From positions 7,998,001-8,062,000 of the forward strand of contig CM102290.1 of the NCBI GenBank assembly GCA_046563655.1: a stretch of 64,000 nucleotides of DNA, in the 5' to 3' direction. The notes under the pieces were generated by a model. It made no database searches. It had not been told where the DNA came from and saw only the letters and a program-made list of their open reading frames with translations. This DNA comes from Yuukianura sp. NJ FZ-2021. Lineage: Eukaryota. How positions within the stretch are numbered: position 1 is the first letter of the stretch; every line of letters starts with the position of its first letter. Shown here in pieces: positions 55,710 through 64,000 of the stretch. Made by a program: the position numbers and the translations under genes.

Positions 55710-56202
55710 CAGGGTGTGTTGGTTTTTGGGTTTTTTTGAAAAAAATCAAAAACCATTGGTTTTTGGTTTAAATCATGGTTTTTTTGGTTTAAACCAAATT
55801 CGAAAAATGATGCGGAATTTATGTACAACTTTAGATCAAAAACAAGAAAACGAAGTTTTCTAACCAAAGATAAGTTTAGATAATTTGAAAAACATAAGAA
55901 TCAGTACTGATTATAGCAAAACACGATAAAAATGCATTCTTCGTCGTATTCTTTTGTCCGAGTAGGGTAGTACGTTAACCCTATACGGTGTTCTAAGCCG
56001 AAACTTCTTCCATCTGAGTCGTTTCCCGTCGAAATTTCTTCAAATTAAGTCGTTTTCAGGCTAAATTTCTTCAATCTGAGTCGTTTTCCGCCATTTAATA
56101 CCATGTGAATTTAAACCGGGTTTTTATTTGAAAAAACCGTTCGGTTTAAATCATGGTTTAAACCATGGTTTAAATTATTTGATTTAAACCAAACACACCC
56201 TG
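55710..56202. mobile_element. Non-autonomous hAT-superfamily MITE, 493 bp
   Basis: TIRs CAGGGTGTGTT ... AACACACCCTG; exact 8-bp TSD TTTCCAAA (55702-55709 and 56203-56210); subterminal ggtttaaa(cc) repeats; three internal 31-bp tandem units at ~56000-56092. Confidence 0.9.
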
Positions 56203-56851
56203 TTTCCAAACCCGTTTTCTATAACACGAAAACCCGAAACCTTGTTTTCTAAAACACCGTAGTCAATTTGGGGGTTGTGACGGTAGTTTCACTGAAGAAG
56301 AAGCAACACTTCCCCTTGATCTCTTAGCAAAGTCCAACCTTAGTTTTCCTTTCTTTTCTTAAGTTATTTGCTTTCTCCTTCACAAACAACTTGAAAGTTT
56401 TAGGATTTAGGGAAACTTTTTCCTAATTCATTTTCCCTGGCTTTTATCTCACGCACAATATATTTCTAACTGTGAATCCTTTGCCATCAAAGCAAAAATG
56501 ACTAGGACGTTAGTTGTAAAGTTTAAATTAGCACCAACACTGTGGTCGAATTACTAAGCTTTGCTTACGCTGAGAACCTAAAGTTTAAACTCATTAATTT
56601 CTTAATGGTTAATCCAAAAGCGGGTTTCAGTTTTCTTATAGTCCCCAGCGTACCAAAAACCTGAATTTAAATTTGAATTTTAAACTTTTGACCTTAGCTT
56701 GTTCCATCCGAACAACTTTCCTTTTAGCTCTTAACTTTAAGCGTTTCATCTCTGGGTCTGTTTGAACAACTTTCTTTGCGAACTTCAATATTTTCATGTA
56801 GGTGAGTTGGAAGATTTGGTAGAACTTTATCATATGTCGTTGTAGTTGTAG

Positions 56852-56895
56852 GATTTCCATAATACCGTAATTATAATTACGGTATTATGGAAATC
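56852..56895. repeat. Perfect 44-bp palindrome
   Basis: gatttccataataccgtaatta|taattacggtattatggaaatc, no spacer and no mismatch. Confidence 0.95.
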
Positions 56896-58196
56896 TAGTG
56901 TGATATATGTTATGCTCTGAGTTCGGAAGAAAGTGTTAATTGGATTTTCAAAAAAGGAGGTGAAAAGTGATCCTCTCCGCAAATGCTGCAAGCGATCAAT
57001 TGCAAATTTATCCATGTGGGTATGGAAAGTTTTGAAAAAAAAAACAGTAATCATACTTGACTTATATGATGGGTAAAAGAACTAATACTTTAGAGGGTGA
57101 ATGTAACCTGTTAATGGTTTTAAAATTTATTTTTATGCGCGTAAGCGTTGTAGTAGTCTTAAAAAAGAAATTTTGGAAAAACCTTTCAGGGTGATTGAAA
57201 TTCAATTTGTAAAACTTGGAAGAAAGTACTTGTAGCAATGTTTGGTCCGAACCTAACCTCTTTCTTGTAAGATGCTAGTGAAGACAAATCTATTTATCGT
57301 TTTCTTATGTTAGTTTAAACCTAACATATTTTTATTTGGTTACAACGACAGATGCTCTTGTGTTTAGACGACGGATCAAGTGTAATTAATTGAACAAAAA
57401 CAAAAGAACATAACGCATTGTGCAGCGAGTCAAAACACCTACGGCCAGTAACGGATTTTCAAGTGGGTGCATGGGGTAGTGCTGGACCGTGCTTCAACAT
57501 TGTCCAGTTATACTAAGAAATTGATGAAAAGAGCAATCAAAGTTGTGTGTGTGTGTGCGTGGGGTATGGAACAGTTGCTACACAAACTCAAAATTCGGAA
57601 CGCGTCTTTACTTTTTTTTTTAGATTTTTGTTTGTAGAGAAGTAGATTGAATAGCGTTTTTGTTCGTGTATAAGATCCGTACGCGACATGTGAAAGTAAA
57701 AGTACTTGAGCTGTGTGTTTTCTTTTCAAAAAACACAAAGGTCTCTACAGTAAGTACAGTTATGTTACGTTATTGAGTTTCAATTAATTTACGCTTGTTT
57801 GTTTCTGTTCAAACACGACTTTTTACTTTGTGCCTTCAAACTCTATTTCAAATCTGTTAATAAAGTCTATTCAAGCAAGAGTAACTCTCTTGAATGTTGT
57901 ATCTCCTTATTAACTTTTTTTTTACAGCTAAGCCAATTGAGGGGGTGTTCAAATACGTGGGTGCTTTAGAAATTAGCGTTTGTGGATTTTGAGCACAAAA
58001 TTCATTAAGAACACAAAAGACTTGTTGTGGTGGGTGTTTTGCTTTGCTAAGGTTTAATTTTATTTTGAGATTTCTACTTTTTTTTATTACAGACGCTCAA
58101 AGAACAGAAATCTTTTGTGGCAGGAGTGTCAAATTAGCCCGAGTTTCTTAAGAACAAGCAGAAGACATAAAAAAAAGACAACAAAAAGCAGAGGAA

Positions 58197-61100
58197 ATGA
58201 ATTCACCGGTTTGGATTTTACGAACTTCCCTGTCGCTATGGGTCTGTTGCTTCCTGTTGAACTGGAATGAAGCCGAAGGGCGATCTCCAGCTTACCTTGA
58301 AACCAATGAAGTGACATCTAAAGCTGAGGCACAGGTAAGTATCGATGTCAAAACGCCAAACAGGAATAAGTTATGCCTTTGAATTCACTGGAGATTTTTT
58401 TTTGACGTTTTTGGTATGAATATATTTGTGTGATTTGTTATTCTTGTCTCGGTTTTCAAAAAAAGATGGATTTGGAAAGTTAGTTTAAGAAAACTAGTAG
58501 CAGTCATCCCGTCTCGCCTTATGCTGCATCAGTGTCGTCTGAAATAGAAAAGAAAGTGAACTGCTCTGGAGTATGGGGATGAAAGCAGCATCATTTAAGA
58601 ACATCCCCTATTCAGTTTTGCAACACAGATGGAATACTCTGTGCTGATATTATGAAAACGAAGATTTTTTTTTGTAACTTTCTCCATCACCAGTATCATC
58701 TGTAACTTTCGATCTCAAACCCAAATAGGAAACTGTCATAGATTGATAAATTTGGCATATTCTTGACATGTGTTCGGTCTACGGCGTTCTACTAACGCCG
58801 CACTACCGAATAGAGAGGTGAGAGGTCAAAATGAGGTCAAGCACAAACAACGAGTCCAATTGTGTGAGCTTTATTTAATGTAAAGAAAGGTTACGGTGAG
58901 AGACAAATCGGAAGAGCTGTTGAAGCTCTGGAAGCTAGCTTGACTCTCTAAGGAAAAATGGCTTTTGCTTATGCTAAGGGGAATAGGCTGAGGGCGTAAA
59001 ATGGTATTGGCTATAATTAGTAGTGAGGTAAAATGTGTGTTTTTAGACTAAGTAAGTTTATGGAAATTGACATGAATGTAAAAGATTATAAAAAGAGTAT
59101 GAAGGTTAAAAGCTAGTTTTTCTCTTGTTTCGAGGAAGCTTGTTTCTTCGGAACAACATGCAAATTTTTTAAAACACAAATGGATCCTGTTTTTTTTTTT
59201 GAAACTTTGACAAAATGAAAGCTCCATATTTAGGTTCCAGTAAACTTTTACTTTACTGAGCCCTTCCTAACGGCAACTGCCTAACTGCGTAACGGAGTAA
59301 ATAAAAATTAGCAATAAAACTTAATCCTCCACATTTAACGGGCATGACGTCTTACAAAATGGGAACTACAGTGAAAGTCTGCTTAAGTACATCTTAAATT
59401 TTACTATTTGAGCACAATTCCTACATTCTACAATAAGTAGACTCCAGTTATTCAGTCTACAATCCCTACTTCCTCTGGAAATATCTTTCCTCTGGAAGTC
59501 TAATTTGAGAAAATGTTTGGCGTTCCTTTGTTTTTTCTTTCTTGTAGAAAGTGATAACAATTGTTCTCCTGAAAGTGAGAGTCGTCATTCCTCGTGGAAG
59601 AAATGCTCATTAACCATACTTGAATCCTGGACACTTTTGTTTTTCTCAGACCTCAAAAACCTTAGTAGAATTAGATAACTTTGAACTCTACTGTGAGAAT
59701 GTTCGTTTTTATTGTGATTGCTCATTAGAACACTTTTGCTTTACGTCTTATTCATGTGTTCAATAAGTTAGTAATTATAAGAAAGTATCTAGGATAGCGT
59801 CAGTAGTTACTTCGTGCGACCATATAACGTCAGCAAAGTTTTGAAATTCACGCCTTCGCAAACGCATTGTTTAAGTTTGTAGTTTTCAGGAAGAGGAAGT
59901 TGTAAAATTGAAGATTCGCTGAATTTCCTGTGACTTCTTTTACTTTTAACTTTCTTTGGTATTCGTGCTCCCACGTCCTGAGCTCCTCATCCGTTCTTGC
60001 CTTCGTCATCATCTCTCCGTTAATTAAGGTTTTAAACTTAGGCTAATTAGACAACTTTGCTTTCTCTCACCACGCAAAGCGTAGTTTGAGCTTTTGCTGA
60101 GTCCATAACTCGAGCCCGCTGGAGTCTGCTGTAGTCATCGGCGGGCGAGTTCAACCCCTTCCCATTTTAAGTTTTGACTAAAATTTAATTCCGTGTTGTT
60201 TCTACTGGCTCTTTTTTAGTTTTGCAAAATTAAAACAGAGATTATGAGATTATGTTTTCATAGAAGTATCCTAAAAATAGCATTCGTCAGAAATCCAGGC
60301 AATACCAGACGCATTAGTATTGCTGGATATTCTCTTTTTCATTCACATTTCATCTAAGGATGGATATGTAGTGGAACAAATGCAAGAAATAGATGTAATC
60401 CAAGGAGGCGGAGCTTTGCCCGCTACTTATGTTTGGATTATTTAAAAACAATAAACTGAAGAAAAAAACAGCTGAAATAAAGCATAAAAACAACAGCAAC
60501 AACGTTATCCAAATAATTTGTTAACCTGAACAGTGCAACAAATTTTGCGTTTTGTAATTTTTATTTGAATTTTTTTTTAGAATTTTGCGCTAACTTTTCA
60601 ACTTCTTCCATCCCTCGTCGAGTAGGGGTACATTTCTCATAGGGGATAAACAGTGAAAGTGGCAATTAAGGCACTGAGACGTAACACTGAATACATCCGA
60701 TTTGGTTTCAACGATTACCCATAAATGAAAAAACAATCACAAAAAAATTGTAAACATTGGAAACTTAAAGAAATAGTCTTGCCCTCTCTGCTTTCACCAA
60801 ATAGTGCAATCTAACTAAACATAATGAGCCCAGAGAGCATAAGGTGACAATTGTCGCAGTTTTCACAGAAAATTCCATAGTTTTATAACAGCTCCGAAAA
60901 AAAGTTAGAATAGGGAGAAGACTTTTTGACTGGAAATTAATTGGGCAGGACAGGCTGTGATGAAATATGTTGAAAGGAGATGTAAGTTCTGTTCTAAACT
61001 TTTCAACTAACCTAAAAATACCACTGAACTATGAGGAGACTCTCCTAACTGTACTGCGGGGGCAGCGTCCCAATTAATTTGGAAAAACAAAAGTCCCACG

Positions 61101-63205
61101 GGTGTAAGCGTACGTGACAGCTTTAGTACTAAACAAGAGTTACAATCTTCCTAAATTTGAGCTTGTAGAAAAAGAGGAAACAAAATCTAGGCCGGACTTG
61201 TCGGTACTACCATATGTCATCTCCACCATGAAATTAATTATTATTAACGGTTTGTGATATTTTTGCGTTGGATAAACCAAAATCAGAATTGAAACGACGA
61301 CAAAAAGAAATTAAATTTTGTAGAGCAGTGGGCGGAAGTTTGTTAAGGGTTTAGCCCAACGAAACTCCAAAAATCAAACCAAATATGACACTTTGAGGTC
61401 TGAACTATTCGAAAAAGTTTTGAACCTGACAAAACCCGGTTGTTCAATTTCTCGGTTGCGGTCACTGTTCATGGATTACATGAGCATATGAGTCACATCT
61501 GATACTAAATCCTGTTTTTTTCTTAATTGATAGTCCTTTCCAGCGTTGCCTGTCTGTGGTGGAAATTCGGTCTGTGGATACTTGCAAGCCAATGCCAAAG
61601 GAATAAACAATCAACCAATTTGCGCTTGTGCAAAAGGAACGTGCCCTACCGCTTGGGATCCTTACGACGGACATTCGGTAACGCAGGGCTCTGATCAATA
61701 CAAGGTTAGCAAATTGGAAAAAGAAATCTGTTTTCTTGTTTTTCTTTTTTAGGTGGCATTTAAAATTTGTAGCTTGAACCACGAAATCTTTGTTTAAGAT
61801 TTCTTTACTTTCTCGGCAATTACAAAAAAAAAATGAGGAAAGAAGAAAGTAGTAAGTAAAAGCCAATTTTTGTTGCAGAAAAAAATATACGAATCGCATG
61901 AATTCAAAATTTAGGATGGCGTAGGTTCAGGGCTTATCTTGACGTAATTTAGTTTTAAATCATGTAATTGTCGTCATCCTAACAACTATATGTTACATTC
62001 ACAAGAAAGTCCAACATGCCACAAAATTAATTGAATCCAATCAATAATTCAAACTTTTCCGATTTTGGTTCGAAGGAAGAAAGTTTGAAAGTGATTGAAG
62101 CTAGGCTAGCGGAAACTCTATTTCATTGCTCCAAGTAACTGTTGCTTGAACAAACAGTTTTTTACTATTAGTGTTTAATATGAGGGGTGGAAAAATGCTT
62201 TAGGAACCCACATCGGATTACAAAACCTAACCGGTCCGTTATCAGTTTAAAGATAGCTTATGACAACAGAGAAAATCCGGAGAAAGCAAGAAGAAGTACA
62301 TGCGTCATCCTCGTATTTATAACTGTCAAATTTTTTTAATTACCAATTTTTTGAAACTATTTTTAACTTTACACATCGCAAAAATTAACTAACATCAATG
62401 TCTGAATAAAAAAAAACAACAACTTTTTTTTTGAAGAAAACAAGAGTGAAATTGTATAAGAGTAAGAACGGGTTCTAACGAAACCTTTTGTAATTTCTTT
62501 GAATGGGAATCGTTGTACCAACTTTTGTAGAAATGTGGATATTACATACAAATGTGTTATGTTTTCGTGTAATTTAATATAAAATTGACGTGAAAAACTT
62601 CACAATACGATTTGTTTCAAACTGATGAATTTTCCACCCTAGCCCACCCGTTCCTAAGAAAAACCAAAAACGCTTATGTAATTAATTCGGCACTCAACAT
62701 GTCTTGATTTGTAACTTCATAAAATTCATCTGAAAAGTAAATATAGTTCTGACATGTGTCCGACAACTGTAACCCGCGTTGTCAAACTTGAAAAGCTACG
62801 CGTAACTTGATACTGCTTGTGAAGAAAATTTTGACCACATTTTGTGAATTTAGGGAATGTACATAAGGAATATTGGTGTCAAAGTTTTTATTGCATCACC
62901 GTGTTACTACTTCAAGTTTTTTACATTAATTGAAGCTGTCACTTTCATTTTTGGATGTTAATTGCTGTTTGTGCTTGTTTTAGTTTTGTGGAAAGGCTCC
63001 GAAGCTGTCACCCTGTGAGGCCCTAATGACCGCCTACACTAGCAAAACCATCTACTCCAAGTCTACTGAACAAAAGTTGGCACAGGTCGACCATATCCTA
63101 TGTACCTGTCCTGAAACACACAACTACGAATTGGCGGGCCAACCAAACTTTGCTGATGTGGACGCCGAGTCCGAACTGGTAGACGTTTCCTACGTCTGTG
63201 CTGCC
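58197..63205 (+). CDS. Secreted Cys-rich Argos/giant-lens-like (scoloptoxin-11-like) protein, 3'-partial
   Basis: Signal-peptide exon 58197-58334; probable 72-nt exon 60359-60430; exon 61534-61704 (LPVC..SVCG..CAC..CPTAWDPYDGHSVT..QYK); exon 62984-63205 (FCG..LSPC..CTCP..YVC). All junctions phase 0. Remaining exon(s) not identified in the window. Confidence 0.78.
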
Positions 63206-64000
63206 GTAAGCCAACAAATTCAAATTTAATGTTGACTTGACTAACCTAACATATTACTAGCATAGCAGTAACATGTGCGCCAGGTACTCATTAAAGTAAA
63301 GTGGCATTTAATTGTAATGTTCCGCTCCTGTCGAAATCTCAAAATGTCAAAAAAATTGTGAGATGTGATTGGAACATCAATGCGCACATGCAACGAAACG
63401 GCGTCACTGTTCATAAGTAACCCATACTTGCTATGAGAAACTTTTCCAAAAAAAAATTGAAAACAGAAATTCAGAAGGAGAACAGGAATTTTTTTGAAGA
63501 ACATGAAGAATGTTTTAGCTACATTAGGAAAGTTTGAAAATTTTTTCCTACAGTGACATTGACTTGTTACTTCTCCCGCTTAGGTGTCATGGATCACGCA
63601 GTGTCATTTACGTTAATGGCCACTTGTTGTAGAACTCTAAGCAAAATTCTTTTAAACTATCTGAAAATAGAAGTTATTTGAGGAAACTTTGAAAATAGCC
63701 GAAAATAGCAATGAAATTGACACCGAAAAATTCCAGGGCTCAGTTTTCTTTGAGGAAAAAAAGAAAGTGGGAGAGAAAGTAACGTGGAATTTTTGAATGA
63801 CGGAGGTTGCGTTCGGTGTTTCGCAAACTATGATTTTTGAGTTAAAAAAATTCAAGGATATGAATGAAAACTCATTAGAAAGAAAGGAAGTATCGAGTGC
63901 ATTTCCGAAATCTGATGAAAACTTTGTTTTTACTATAAATAACTAAAAATGTGGCTGTTCCGATCCAATGAACTTCCCTCCATTTGAATGTTGTTTTTTT

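Noticed and set aside
56000..56092. Three 31-bp direct repeats (CRISPR-like length)
   Set aside because: No spacers, degenerate copies, eukaryotic context, located inside a MITE.

Overview
AT-rich, gene-dense eukaryotic DNA with many short (about 55-100 nt) spliceosomal introns. The gene content (Argos/scoloptoxin-11-like protein, Pyrexia/Water-witch-like TRPA) points to a small-genome arthropod, possibly springtail-like; this is inference. Genes were assembled by hand from splice signals and homology recalled from memory. In order: 3' part of an MLCK-type kinase (+), MTHFS (-), ZCRB1 (+), DNA2 (-), an orphan Tyr/Pro/Glu decapeptide-repeat ORF (+), then a ~10 kb gene-poor TE-littered tract (15.4-25.3 kb). 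After it: ERI1 (+), LSM1 (+), C2orf76/UPF0538 (-), MRPS26 (+), a TRPA channel with 7 ankyrin repeats (-), a hidden 84-aa secreted Cys-rich prepropeptide gene missing from the ORF track (+), a divergent EB1 (+), PTCD3 (-), an SPT3-like protein with a long disordered N-terminus (+), and the 5' part of an Argos-like gene (+). Several MITEs (hAT with 8-bp TSD, Harbinger-like with TAA TSD, a foldback family), Helitron-like ends and perfect palindromes are present. Best leads: the CxC-CC-CC prepropeptide; the kinase with alternative last exons that include or omit the calmodulin-binding segment and an 11-nt activation-loop microexon; the EB1 that has lost EBH consensus but carries its own SxIP; and the YPAPEE repeat protein. 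No tRNA, rRNA or CRISPR could be supported. No searches were run, so novelty claims are unverified.
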